Source: a virus (Duplodnaviria; Caudoviricetes). From it: a stretch of DNA of 64,000 bases. Below are positions 38,955 to 48,317 of the stretch, in pieces. The position numbers and the translations under genes were made by a program. The first letter of the stretch is position 1, and each line of letters starts with the position of its first letter. Below the pieces are notes generated by a model. That model ran no database searches. It had not been told where the DNA came from and saw only the letters and a list, made by a program, of their open reading frames with translations. Where the stretch lies: IMG/VR virus record IMGVR_UViG_3300029319_000020, positions 1-64,000 of that record, one strand, 5' to 3'.

Positions 38955-40079
38955 ATGGGAAAAGTAATACAAATGGCAACACGAAAGAAAGCAGGAAAAA
39001 TTAATATAAAAGACTTGAAAAAGTCAATGAATAAGTCGATGGGTATTGAAGCAGCGTATGATCTGAGAGAAGATAATCCGACTGAAGTTAAAGATTGGAT
39101 TCCAATAGGTTCTCGATGGCTTGATTCAATTATCTGTAAAGGAAAGATGGGAGGTATTCCTGTTGGTAAGATAACAGAAATCGCAGGTCAATCAGGTGTA
39201 GGTAAATCCTACCTTGCTGTACAAATTGCTGTGGAAGCACAAAAACAAGGAAAGTTTGTGGTTTATTATGATGCAGAATCAGCAATTGATCCTGTGTTTC
39301 TCACAGATGCTGGTATTGACATGAATGAGAACTTTCTATACATACAAGCAGTTTCAGTTGAAAAAGTTTTAAAATCAATTGAAGATATGATGATTCAATT
39401 TGGTGATCAACAAAACATTCTTTTTATTTGGGATTCCATAGCTGCAACATCCGCAGAGAAAGACTTAGAAGGAGATTTTGATCCTCAGTCATCAATGGCA
39501 GTTAAACCAAGAATCTTTTCAAAAGCATTTCCAAAATTAACAATTCCATTAGCAAACGGACAACACACACTTTTGTTGATCAATCAGTTGAAAACAAATA
39601 TTACAACCAATATAGCTGAACAAATGACTAGACCTTTTAAGGCACCCGGTGGTATGGCTATTGAATACTTTTGTTCGCTTCGCATTTGGCTTACAAGCCG
39701 TAGAGCAAAAGCATCTTATGTGCTTGATGATACAGGAAGAAGAGTGGGCTCTGAAGTTAAAGCAAAGATAGAGAAGTCTCGTTTTGGAACACAAGGTCGC
39801 ATAGCAACATTTCAAATTAGATGGGGTGATGGTGTTGGAGTCATGGATGAAGAATCTTGGCTCGAGGTTATAAAGAAGTCTTCCTATTATAAAAATGCTG
39901 GTGGCTGGTGTGTTTTAAGTTATGGTGGGAAAGAACACAAGTTCAGATCAGCTGAATGGGTAGCGAAGCTACAAGATGAAAAATTCAAAAAAATGATTAT
40001 AGAGATTATGGATGAAGAACTAATACACAAGTTTGAATCATCAGGATCAAATATAGTCCCTGATGATATAGACGATTAA
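38955..40079 (+). CDS. recA: RecA/UvsX recombinase
   Basis: GGIPVGKITEIAGQSGVGKS (Walker A), YDAESAID, WDSIAA, LLINQL, PGG.A..Y. Confidence 0.93.
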   Translation: MGKVIQMATRKKAGKINIKDLKKSMNKSMGIEAAYDLREDNPTEVKDWIPIGSRWLDSIICKGKMGGIPVGKITEIAGQSGVGKSYLAVQIAVEAQKQGKFVVYYDAESAIDPVFLTDAGIDMNENFLYIQAVSVEKVLKSIEDMMIQFGDQQNILFIWDSIAATSAEKDLEGDFDPQSSMAVKPRIFSKAFPKLTIPLANGQHTLLLINQLKTNITTNIAEQMTRPFKAPGGMAIEYFCSLRIWLTSRRAKASYVLDDTGRRVGSEVKAKIEKSRFGTQGRIATFQIRWGDGVGVMDEESWLEVIKKSSYYKNAGGWCVLSYGGKEHKFRSAEWVAKLQDEKFKKMIIEIMDEELIHKFESSGSNIVPDDIDD

Positions 40080-40103
40080 CATAAAACTCCTGTTGTTGAT
40101 GGT

Positions 40104-40133
40104 AGCCCCCTTGCGATTGCTTGGGGGTTTTTT
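40104..40133 (+). terminator. Terminator with a tandem U-U internal loop
   Basis: AGCCCCC-TT-GC-gatt-GC-TT-GGGGG followed by a T tract. Confidence 0.75.
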
Positions 40134-40152
40134 ATTTTTTTATACTTTTTAC

Positions 40153-40181
40153 TTGACAAAAACAGGATAACATGTTATACT
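40153..40181 (+). promoter_or_regulatory. Sigma70-type promoter
   Basis: TTGACA-17-TATACT. Confidence 0.8.
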
Positions 40182-40211
40182 ACTAGTATCTATAAAACAA
40201 CGGAGGAAATT

Positions 40212-40304
40212 ATGGATTATACTTATTTATGGTTAGCGTTTGCAGTGGTATTCATTGGGATACCTTGTATAGGTTCTTGGGCTATTCATCAGGATTGGAG
40301 ATGA
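40212..40304 (+). CDS. 30-aa single-pass membrane peptide, not in the ORF track
   Basis: CGGAGG SD; MDYTYLWLAFAVVFIGIPCIGSWAIHQDWR; ATGA overlap with the next gene. Confidence 0.6.
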   Translation: MDYTYLWLAFAVVFIGIPCIGSWAIHQDWR

Positions 40305-40777
40305 AAAAGCCATCCTATGTTGACTTTGATCAAAAGTCTTATCAATGGAAAGCTAACATAGATTACAGACAAAATCCACACCTTTATAAGGTTGGAAGAG
40401 GACAACAAGGTGTTTTAACCTGTGAGCCTTACAAGTCTGAGATCTGTCAACACTGGAGATTTAAAACTCCTGAGTTAGCAAAACAGTCTTCAACAAAGAT
40501 ACTAAAAATGTTTTATGATTACTTGAAACAGGGTGACTTTGTTGGAGCTGACATGGCAAAGAAGTTTCTTCACATGGGCTTTACAAGATCTCGAAGATAT
40601 GCAAACCACAGAGACGGCAAAAAGTGGACAAAAGAGAACAACCAATGGAAAATTTTACCACAAGAATCAGATGCTATGGACTGTGATAAAGCAAAATCAG
40701 CAGAGATTTTCAAACAAGCTTGGATAGAGGCAAGAACAAACAAACAATATCTTAAAATGAAAAAGGAGTGGAAGTGA
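40301..40777 (+). CDS. DUF4385-like protein
   Basis: YKVGRGQQGVLTCEPYKSEICQHWRFKTP...DFVGADMAKKFLHMGFTRSRRYANH; start refined from 40229. Confidence 0.7.
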   Translation: MKKPSYVDFDQKSYQWKANIDYRQNPHLYKVGRGQQGVLTCEPYKSEICQHWRFKTPELAKQSSTKILKMFYDYLKQGDFVGADMAKKFLHMGFTRSRRYANHRDGKKWTKENNQWKILPQESDAMDCDKAKSAEIFKQAWIEARTNKQYLKMKKEWK

Positions 40778-41724
40778 AAAAGTTATTAATAATCGATGGA
40801 TTAAATATGTTTCTTAGGAACTATATTGTTAATCCAGCTCTTGCTCCTGACGGGCATCCAATAGGGGGCTGTATTGGCTTTTTAAAGAGCCTTCAAAAGG
40901 TTTGTGGTATGTTCACACCTGACGAGATTATAGTAGCGTGGGATGGGCATTCTGGGTCTTCTAAACGTAAAGAAATGAATAAAGGATACAAGGATGGTCG
41001 TAAGCCTGTCCGGTTTAACAGAAGAATGGTCGAGTTGAACGAAAAGGAACAAAAAATTAATAAAGCAGAACAATATATTAAACTCGTGGAGTATTTAAAT
41101 GAAACACCAATTATACAAGCAGTTGTGGACTATGTGGAAGCCGATGATATTATCGCTTATGCTGTTAGACATAACAAGTATCGAGACTATCACAAGTACA
41201 TTGTGTCAAGTGATCGAGACTTCTTTCAACTCGTTGGAGCAGATTGCACCCTCTGGAGACCAATCCAGAAGAAACTGGTGGATCTCGAAACTCTCATGGA
41301 TGAACACGGTATTCATCCCAATAACTTTGCCCTTTGTCGTGCCATTGCTGGAGATAAGTCAGATAACTTGCCAGGGATACCTAGAGCTGGGCTTAAAACA
41401 ATCAAAAACCGTTTTCCTTTTATGGCTGACCCACAGGTTCAAACTGTTGAGTCGCTTGCAGAGTTTTGCAGACAAGTGGATAAACCGGTTAAGCTTCATG
41501 AAAACATACTTGGAGATCTTGATTTGATAGAAAACAATTATGATGTTATGCAGTTGTATAAACCAGTAATGGGAACAGTAGCTAAACAACAAGTAGAGTT
41601 TTCGATAAATCAGTTTGAGCCTGAGTGGAATAAAATAAAGTTCCAAAAGTATTTGATGCGAGATGGACAGATTACTTTAAAGTTTGATACACTGTTTGCA
41701 AATTTTAATAAAATAATTTCTTGA
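40768..41724 (+). CDS. 5'-3' exonuclease / flap endonuclease (T4 RNase H-like, Pol I 5' nuclease family)
   Basis: IIDGLNMF, VAWDG, YKDGR, EADDIIAY, SSDRDFFQL, GDKSDNLPGI. Confidence 0.92.
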   Translation: MEVKKLLIIDGLNMFLRNYIVNPALAPDGHPIGGCIGFLKSLQKVCGMFTPDEIIVAWDGHSGSSKRKEMNKGYKDGRKPVRFNRRMVELNEKEQKINKAEQYIKLVEYLNETPIIQAVVDYVEADDIIAYAVRHNKYRDYHKYIVSSDRDFFQLVGADCTLWRPIQKKLVDLETLMDEHGIHPNNFALCRAIAGDKSDNLPGIPRAGLKTIKNRFPFMADPQVQTVESLAEFCRQVDKPVKLHENILGDLDLIENNYDVMQLYKPVMGTVAKQQVEFSINQFEPEWNKIKFQKYLMRDGQITLKFDTLFANFNKIIS

Positions 41725-41748
41725 CATTTAGAAATTATAGGTTATACT
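41721..41748 (+). promoter_or_regulatory. Sigma70-type promoter (helicase)
   Basis: TTGACA-16-TATACT. Confidence 0.65.
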
Positions 41749-41769
41749 TAATGAACATTCGGAGGAAAT

Positions 41770-43119
41770 ATGAGTAAAGGAAAAGAAACATTTGTTGCCT
41801 ATGGGAAGAAATTCCAAGAGAAGGTAGCTCAATTAATGCTAGAGGATCGCCCGTTTTGTGATCAACTGGAAGAGGTTTTAGAGTTGGAGTTTTTTGACTC
41901 CACTTATCTAAGAGCTTTTGTAGAGATTATTTTAGATCATAGAGAAAAGTATGGAAGACATCCACACTTTGCAACTCTTCACACAGAAATAAAAAAAGGA
42001 AATAAAAATTATGATAGAGCTGTTAATCAGCAACTAAGAGCATTTCTTGTTAGAATACAATCAGAAGACTTACCAGATAAGCAATACATTAAAGATCAAG
42101 CTGTTGACTTCTGTAAAAAACAATGTCTTAAAAAAGCTATTCTTCAATCTGCCGATCTTGTTAAAAAAGGTAATTATGATTCCATAACTAAGATTATAAA
42201 CGAAGCTTTATCAAAAGGAAACGATCAGAATTTTGGTCATGACTGGTATAAGGATCTTGATCATCGTTATATCAAAAAATCAAGAAAGCAAATCACAACT
42301 GGTTGGCCAAGGATTGATGATATAACCAAAGGTGGTATTGGATCAAAAGAATTGGCTGTTGTTATTGCTCCAACTGGTGCTGGTAAATCAATGGTCTTAG
42401 TTCATCTTGGTGCTCAAGCTCTTAAACTTGGTAAGAAAGTTGTTCATTATACTTTGGAACTTGCAGATACAGTTGTTGGGATTAGATACGACTCTTGTTT
42501 GTCTCAAATAGATTTAAGAGAAATAATGGATTCAAAAGATTTAGTAAAAGAAAAGATTCAAGACATACCTGGTAAACTAATTATCAAAGAATATCCTACT
42601 AAGTCTGCTTCGACTAAGTCTCTGAAGAACCATTTGGAAAAGTTGAGAAAGCAAAATATCATGCCCGATGTTGTGATTGTTGATTATGCTGATCTACTTC
42701 GCCCTGTGTCTCACGGAGCAGAAAAGAGACATGATTTAGAAGGTATCTATGAAGAACTTAGAGGCATGGCAACAGAGTTTGATTGTGCTTTTATTACAGC
42801 GTCCCAAACAAACCGTGGAGGTCTTAATGCTGAAGTTATCACAATGGAGTCCATATCAGAGGCTTTTAACAAATGCTTTGTTGCTGACTTTATTTTTTCA
42901 TTATCGAGAACTCCGCAAGATAAGCAAGCTAATTCGGGGCGTATATTTATTGCTAAAAACAGAAATGGACCGGATGGATTGGTATTCCATGCTGCTGTTA
43001 ATTGGGCAACTGTTTCAATAGAAGTGTTAAAAAGAAACAATGAAGAAGAAAACACTCTTCTTACTATGAAAGATCAAAAAGAAAGCTTAAAAAACTATCA
43101 ACATCTAAATGATAAATAA
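41770..43119 (+). CDS. DnaB-like replicative helicase (gp41-like)
   Basis: IAPTGAGKS, HYTLEL, IKEYPT, VIVDYADLL, TASQTNR, AKNRNG. Confidence 0.93.
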   Translation: MSKGKETFVAYGKKFQEKVAQLMLEDRPFCDQLEEVLELEFFDSTYLRAFVEIILDHREKYGRHPHFATLHTEIKKGNKNYDRAVNQQLRAFLVRIQSEDLPDKQYIKDQAVDFCKKQCLKKAILQSADLVKKGNYDSITKIINEALSKGNDQNFGHDWYKDLDHRYIKKSRKQITTGWPRIDDITKGGIGSKELAVVIAPTGAGKSMVLVHLGAQALKLGKKVVHYTLELADTVVGIRYDSCLSQIDLREIMDSKDLVKEKIQDIPGKLIIKEYPTKSASTKSLKNHLEKLRKQNIMPDVVIVDYADLLRPVSHGAEKRHDLEGIYEELRGMATEFDCAFITASQTNRGGLNAEVITMESISEAFNKCFVADFIFSLSRTPQDKQANSGRIFIAKNRNGPDGLVFHAAVNWATVSIEVLKRNNEEENTLLTMKDQKESLKNYQHLNDK

Positions 43120-43135
43120 CAAAAAGGAGAACAAG

Positions 43136-44992
43136 ATGGCTATAGAAAATAAAATACTATCGGACATAACTGTCCATATGAAATATGCTCGTTACCTTCC
43201 TGATGAGCAGAGAAGAGAAAACTGGGAAGAATTGGTTACTAGAAATAAGAATATGCATTTAAAAAAGTTCCCTCATTTACAACAAACAATTGAGTGGGCT
43301 TACGGGTATGTTTATGATAAAAAAATACTACCATCTATGAGAAGTATGCAGTTTGGTGGCAAACCTATTGATGTATCACCAAATCGTATATTTAATTGTG
43401 CTTATGCTCCAATTGATCATATGAAGGTCTTTGGAGAAATAATGTTTCTTCTTCTCGGAGGAACAGGGGTTGGTTATTCAGTTCAAAATCATCACGTTGA
43501 GAAACTTCCTGCGATACACAAACCATCGGGAAAAAGAACAAGACGTTATCTTATTGGTGACTCTATTGAAGGATGGTCTGATTCTGTAAATGCTTTAATG
43601 AAAGTTTATTTTACAGGTGGATCAAAACTACGATTTGATTTTTCAGATATACGCCCCAAGGGCGCAAGACTAGTTACTAGTGGAGGCAAAGCTCCTGGTC
43701 CACAACCGTTAAAAGAGTGTCTCATTAAGATACAAGGAATATTAGATGAAAAAGAAAACGGTGATCAACTCACCACACTTGAAGTTCACGATATTATCTG
43801 CCACATCGCAGACGCTGTATTGGCCGGCGGTATTCGTAGGGCTGCTCTCATTAGCTTATTTAGCGCTACTGATCAATATATGCTTGGTGCTAAGTCAGGT
43901 AGATGGTACGAGACAAACCCACAACGTGGAAGAGCAAACAACTCAGTAGTTATTATGAGACATAGGATAGACAAGGACACGTTTCTTGATTTATGGGATC
44001 GTGTTAAAGCTTCTGGTGCTGGAGAACCTGGGTTCTATTTTACAAATGATAAGGACTATGGTTGTAATCCTTGTTGCGAAATTTCTCTTAGACCATTTCA
44101 GTTCTGTAACTTAACTGAGATCAATGTTTCAGATATTGAAACACAAGAAGATTTAAATGATAGAGCTAAAGCTGCTTCGGTTATAGGAACTCTTCAAGCA
44201 GCTTACACAGATTTTCACTATCTTCGTCCTGTTTGGAAAAGAAACACAGAAAAAGATTATCTTATTGGCGTATCTATGACAGGCATAGCATCAGGTAAGG
44301 TGTTAGAACTAGATATGAAATTAGCTGCTAACAATGTTAAAATGGCTAATTCTGAAATTGCTTTAAGAATAGGTATTGGACCTGCTTCACGCTGTACAAC
44401 AGTAAAACCAGCAGGAACAACATCACTTACACTAGGAACAAGCTCAGGAATTCATGCGTGGCATAATGACTATTATCTACGCAGAATCCGCGTAGGTAAA
44501 GGTGAATCAATTTATACTTATCTTCAAGTAAATCATCCTGAATTGATTGAAGACGAATATTTTAGACCACATGATACTGCTGTGATCTCCGTACCACAGA
44601 AGGCACCTGAAGGATCGATTACTCGTCATGAATCAGCTCTTGATTTATTGGAGAGAGTAAAGAAAGTCCATCTCGAATGGGTAAAGACAGGACATAGAAA
44701 AGGACAGAACACTAATAATGTTTCTGCTACTATTACTATCAAACCTGACGAGTGGCAAGAGGTTGGAGAATGGATGTGGGAGAACAAGCATAACTATAAT
44801 GGTTTGTCTGTGCTTCCTTATTCAGACCACTCTTACAAGCAAGCTCCTTTTGAGGACTGTACCAAAGAAGAATATGAAGCTTTGCTACCTTCTTTGAAAG
44901 TAGTTGACTTGGACAAAGTCGTTGAAATCGACGACAACACAAACCTTACAGGCGAACTGGCGTGTGCCGGCGGTGCTTGTGAAATTAACTAA
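43136..44992 (+). CDS. nrdJ: Class II (adenosylcobalamin-dependent) ribonucleotide reductase
   Basis: ILPSMRSMQFGG, FNC, GGIRRAALIS, RANNS, NPCCEISL, TTVKPAGTTSL, C-terminal ACAGGACEI; start refined to MAIENK after AAGGAG. Confidence 0.9.
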   Translation: MAIENKILSDITVHMKYARYLPDEQRRENWEELVTRNKNMHLKKFPHLQQTIEWAYGYVYDKKILPSMRSMQFGGKPIDVSPNRIFNCAYAPIDHMKVFGEIMFLLLGGTGVGYSVQNHHVEKLPAIHKPSGKRTRRYLIGDSIEGWSDSVNALMKVYFTGGSKLRFDFSDIRPKGARLVTSGGKAPGPQPLKECLIKIQGILDEKENGDQLTTLEVHDIICHIADAVLAGGIRRAALISLFSATDQYMLGAKSGRWYETNPQRGRANNSVVIMRHRIDKDTFLDLWDRVKASGAGEPGFYFTNDKDYGCNPCCEISLRPFQFCNLTEINVSDIETQEDLNDRAKAASVIGTLQAAYTDFHYLRPVWKRNTEKDYLIGVSMTGIASGKVLELDMKLAANNVKMANSEIALRIGIGPASRCTTVKPAGTTSLTLGTSSGIHAWHNDYYLRRIRVGKGESIYTYLQVNHPELIEDEYFRPHDTAVISVPQKAPEGSITRHESALDLLERVKKVHLEWVKTGHRKGQNTNNVSATITIKPDEWQEVGEWMWENKHNYNGLSVLPYSDHSYKQAPFEDCTKEEYEALLPSLKVVDLDKVVEIDDNTNLTGELACAGGACEIN

Positions 44993-45003
44993 ATGGAGAA
45001 AAT

Positions 45004-45189
45004 ATGAAACAAAAACTAGAACAACTAATTGAAGGGCTACAAGCCATTCTTGAGGATATAGAAAAAGTGGATGAAAAGTCCTATGGTTACAAAGCAGCTG
45101 CTGTCCGTGCCAGAAAGACTCTTCATGAAGCAAGAGGTCAGTTCCAAGAACTTCGTAAAGAAATTCAAGCAAAGAAAAACGAAAAGTAA
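45004..45189 (+). CDS. Hc1 (histone H1-like) family-like small protein
   Basis: KAAAVRARKTLHEARGQFQELRKEI resembles the Hc1 NKAAGTRARK motif; GGAG SD. Confidence 0.6.
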   Translation: MKQKLEQLIEGLQAILEDIEKVDEKSYGYKAAAVRARKTLHEARGQFQELRKEIQAKKNEK

Positions 45190-45208
45190 AATCTAAATTT
45201 TGTTATTT

Positions 45209-45243
45209 AAAAACCCTGTGACTAATTATCATAGGGTTTTTTT
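45209..45243 (+). terminator. Terminator hairpin whose loop carries the ACTAATTA motif
   Basis: AAAAACCCTGTGA-ctaatta-TCATAGGGTTTTT. Confidence 0.65.
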
Positions 45244-45258
45244 ATTAGGAGAAATAAC

Positions 45259-45801
45259 ATGAAGATCACAAACCAAGAATTAAAACAAATTATAAAAGAA
45301 GAATTAGATAAAGTTCTTGAAGAATATTATTCTTTACCACAATCATATGATAAAGTAAGTAATCAAGCTTTTTATGATAGAAGAGACAATGTTAGAGATG
45401 CAAAAGGTCCTCAAACTTATAAAGGACTAGAAGGTGGATCTATAGGCAGTATTGAACAAGATCCAAACATTCCACCTGAGCATAAAGAAAAATTAATCAG
45501 ATTATTTAAACAAGGCCCAGAAGGTAGAAGACAAGCTTTAGAATTAATGGACGCGATGGGCTATGGTGTTGAACCAATTCTTGACACCGAAGAAGGACCT
45601 TTTGAAAAAATAAGAAATCCTTTTTCTGGAGATGATCATCCAACCACACACCATCCCGAAATGATGGGTTATGGATATAATAAGTATAAAAAAGCACCAC
45701 ACTATATGAGAGGTGGTGGTACTTTTACTTACGATGAGAATGACCCTAATCAATATGGAAACATAGATAAACTAATGAAACATTATGAGAAGAAAAAGTG
45801 A
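45259..45801 (+). CDS. Hypothetical protein with an MKIT..LKQIIKEE leader
   Basis: AGGAG SD; leader shared with 45798, 46664 and 54842. Confidence 0.7.
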   Translation: MKITNQELKQIIKEELDKVLEEYYSLPQSYDKVSNQAFYDRRDNVRDAKGPQTYKGLEGGSIGSIEQDPNIPPEHKEKLIRLFKQGPEGRRQALELMDAMGYGVEPILDTEEGPFEKIRNPFSGDDHPTTHHPEMMGYGYNKYKKAPHYMRGGGTFTYDENDPNQYGNIDKLMKHYEKKK

Positions 45802-46277
45802 AACTTACAAAGAAAAAATTAGAAAAATTGATAACTGAAGAATATGTGAGAAGGATTGGTGATGAATATAAACCAACTAACTATCCTGAATACGCTGATA
45901 AACTAACTACACTAGCAAAAGATGATTATAATCAAGCCAGAGAGTTAGCAGATGCTATAGATGAACCTTTGAATATTGAACTAGATTCAGGTGATTTTAT
46001 GGAATTTTTACCATTTGGAATCGAACAATTTAAACAAACCAGCCCTGTCACTGTTGCCGCAAAAAACTTGGGGACACTATTAGATCAAGGTAAAGTTGAG
46101 ATTTATTTTAGTACACACCATTCTAAATGGATAGTGGCTTATTATAAACAAAGACCCGATGGTCGTTATAGATACGTTGGAAGACATTCAAAAGACTATC
46201 CTAAATATGAATTTGAAAAAGCAGTCCAACATTACAATGCCCTTGCAGATAACAAATATATTCATAAATCTACTTGA
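45798..46277 (+). CDS. Hypothetical protein with an MKLT leader; paralog of 54842
   Basis: GTG start; first ~63 aa closely match 54842..55348. Confidence 0.7.
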   Translation: MKLTKKKLEKLITEEYVRRIGDEYKPTNYPEYADKLTTLAKDDYNQARELADAIDEPLNIELDSGDFMEFLPFGIEQFKQTSPVTVAAKNLGTLLDQGKVEIYFSTHHSKWIVAYYKQRPDGRYRYVGRHSKDYPKYEFEKAVQHYNALADNKYIHKST

Positions 46278-46302
46278 CAAACAATAGATAATGTGTTATA
46301 CT
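46274..46302 (+). promoter_or_regulatory. Sigma70-type promoter (GroES-like gene)
   Basis: TTGACA-17-TATACT. Confidence 0.8.
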
Positions 46303-46389
46303 ATATATATGCTGTTCGACTTATGGTGTTGAATAGAACTTGTGGCAACTTCTTCTTTGCGCGACAAGTTTAATTTTATTGGAGGTTGA

Positions 46390-46677
46390 ATGTTTACACA
46401 CGTTTACAATAGACACGTTCTTGTTGAGCTTGTCGATGAAGAAGAAGAAAAGCAAGAGTCGCTTATTGCCTTACCACAAGATTACAAGAGACAAGAGTCA
46501 CCATACTTAGTGGTTAAAGTTCTCGATAAAGCAGAGGACTGTAAAACCTTTGTAGAAGTATGTGATAAAGTTGTTATCGAACGTAGAATGCTAATTGAAA
46601 TAGAAATTAAAGGTGAAAAGAACTATTTAGTTTTAGAAAATTACATCTACGGGAGATTAGAAGATGAAACTGACTAA
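46390..46677 (+). CDS. GroES/Cpn10-like co-chaperonin
   Basis: NRHVLVELVDEEEEKQESLIALP (mobile-loop pattern), V.V.DKVV, GEKNYLVLENYIYG. Confidence 0.75.
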   Translation: MFTHVYNRHVLVELVDEEEEKQESLIALPQDYKRQESPYLVVKVLDKAEDCKTFVEVCDKVVIERRMLIEIEIKGEKNYLVLENYIYGRLEDETD

Positions 46678-47335
46678 AGAACTATTAAAAGAAATGATTC
46701 TTAAAGAAATGAAGAATCTTACACCTGCTCAAATAGAGCAAGAAGTTAGAAAACACATAATGCAAATAGGAGATCCAGATGGAGTTAAGAATATAGCTTT
46801 TGTAACAGCTCATGAACCACCTGAAGGTGGTAAAAACTTTGAATGGGATAACGATGAGATGCAATTTCATTTAAAATCAATGTTAAAAAGAAGAGGTTAT
46901 AAAGAGTTCTATCCAATAATTGGAAATTATGGTGGACAACTTGAAGGATCTTTAATGGTAGTTGAAAGAGATCAATCACAGTCTGAATTTCTTGATCAAA
47001 TGGTTTCAATTGGAAAACAATTTAATCAAGATGCTGTAATTGTTGGTACGAAACAAGAATCAATGCAAACAGACCCTAGTCAATCTGGGCCGGCTTACCA
47101 CATGGATTTTGAAATGATAAACTTACACCCAACAAAAACAGGTGTTCCAAATATGGATTTTAGACAACAAAGTACATATGATGAGAGAGACCAAGTTCAG
47201 TATGGACCAGCTGTGCAAAGCAGAGCAACTGATTTTTCTCAAGCAGGAAACTTTAAATTTGTTATTCCTTTCTTTTCATCAGCACCAGCAGATCAAAACA
47301 AATTTAGAGCAAATGTTAGAAACGTTGGAGAATAA
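46664..47335 (+). CDS. Hypothetical protein with an MKLT leader and a DUF3293-like core
   Basis: IAFVTAHEP...LKRRGY...GNYGG..EGSLMV...GKQFNQDAVI. Confidence 0.55.
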   Translation: MKLTKELLKEMILKEMKNLTPAQIEQEVRKHIMQIGDPDGVKNIAFVTAHEPPEGGKNFEWDNDEMQFHLKSMLKRRGYKEFYPIIGNYGGQLEGSLMVVERDQSQSEFLDQMVSIGKQFNQDAVIVGTKQESMQTDPSQSGPAYHMDFEMINLHPTKTGVPNMDFRQQSTYDERDQVQYGPAVQSRATDFSQAGNFKFVIPFFSSAPADQNKFRANVRNVGE

Positions 47336-48037
47336 ATGTCATACAATAAAACAATACCCCTTTACGATGATAATATCGGGTGTGTCTCTTATGTGGAGCA
47401 TATGGGGAGCGATCTTACTGTGGTTAATTCAGCAAGAGTCTCCTTTGGTGTGGAGAAAACTGATTTGGACGATAGAGACAGAAAGCTTATTAATTACCTT
47501 ATTAAACACAGACATACATCAACTCTCGAGCACAATGTTATTACTTTCAAGTTTGTCGTGCCTTTATTTATTCGTTCACAACATCATCGTCATAGGACTT
47601 GGTCTTATAACGAGATCAGCAGAAGATATACAGATAAAGATTTACAGTTCTATCTTCCAAACAGCTTTAGGACACAACACAAGTCAAACAGACAAGCATC
47701 AAACGCCAATGAGCTAATAAATCCAAAAGTCTATCCAAACATGTCTTCTATGAAGGCAGCAGAACTTTTAGAAGCAAAAACCTATGAGTGCTTAAACACA
47801 TTTGAAACATTACTTGATGCTGGAGTTTGCAGAGAGCAAGCAAGAATGGTTCTTCCACAAAATCTATACACAGAGTACTATGGAACAGTAAACTTAAACA
47901 ATCTCTTAAAATTCATAGACCTTAGGACACATGAAGGCGCGCAATGGGAAATACAGAAAGTTGCGGAAGCCTGTTTAGAGATCGCATCTGACTTATGGCC
48001 AGTGTCTGTAGAGTCTTATAGTAAAATTAGAAACTAA
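47336..48037 (+). CDS. thyX: Flavin-dependent thymidylate synthase
   Basis: VNSARVSF, HTSTLEH, QHHRHRTWSYNEISRRY, REQARMVLP, HEGAQWEI. Confidence 0.95.
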   Translation: MSYNKTIPLYDDNIGCVSYVEHMGSDLTVVNSARVSFGVEKTDLDDRDRKLINYLIKHRHTSTLEHNVITFKFVVPLFIRSQHHRHRTWSYNEISRRYTDKDLQFYLPNSFRTQHKSNRQASNANELINPKVYPNMSSMKAAELLEAKTYECLNTFETLLDAGVCREQARMVLPQNLYTEYYGTVNLNNLLKFIDLRTHEGAQWEIQKVAEACLEIASDLWPVSVESYSKIRN

Positions 48038-48044
48038 TTATTTC

Positions 48045-48317
48045 ATGATTCAAAGCCAACCAGTAACTAAACCTCTTTTTTCTATCGGTGATCTTGTAAA
48101 GGTAAGAGGTTTTGGTATTGTTCTGTCACCTGAAGAAGTTCAAATTGGTATAATTAGTAATGGACCATATTCATTTAAATCATTAGAATCATATCATGAA
48201 TTAGTTTATTTTGAATGGTGGTGTTATGATATAATCATCGGCAGCTCACTAATTACAATGATGCCAGAAAACTTTTTATTAAGGGTAAGTGTAGATGAAA
48301 GTGAAAAAGATATTTGA
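48045..48317 (+). CDS. Small SH3/KOW-like hypothetical protein
   Basis: FSIGDLVKV...IGII; short beta-rich protein. Confidence 0.5.
   Translation: MIQSQPVTKPLFSIGDLVKVRGFGIVLSPEEVQIGIISNGPYSFKSLESYHELVYFEWWCYDIIIGSSLITMMPENFLLRVSVDESEKDI

Noticed and set aside
46313-46389. RNA thermometer in the GroES-like leader (hairpins at 46313-46335 and 46337-46370)
   Set aside because: The hairpins are real but end before the GGAGG SD at 46381, so they do not occlude it.
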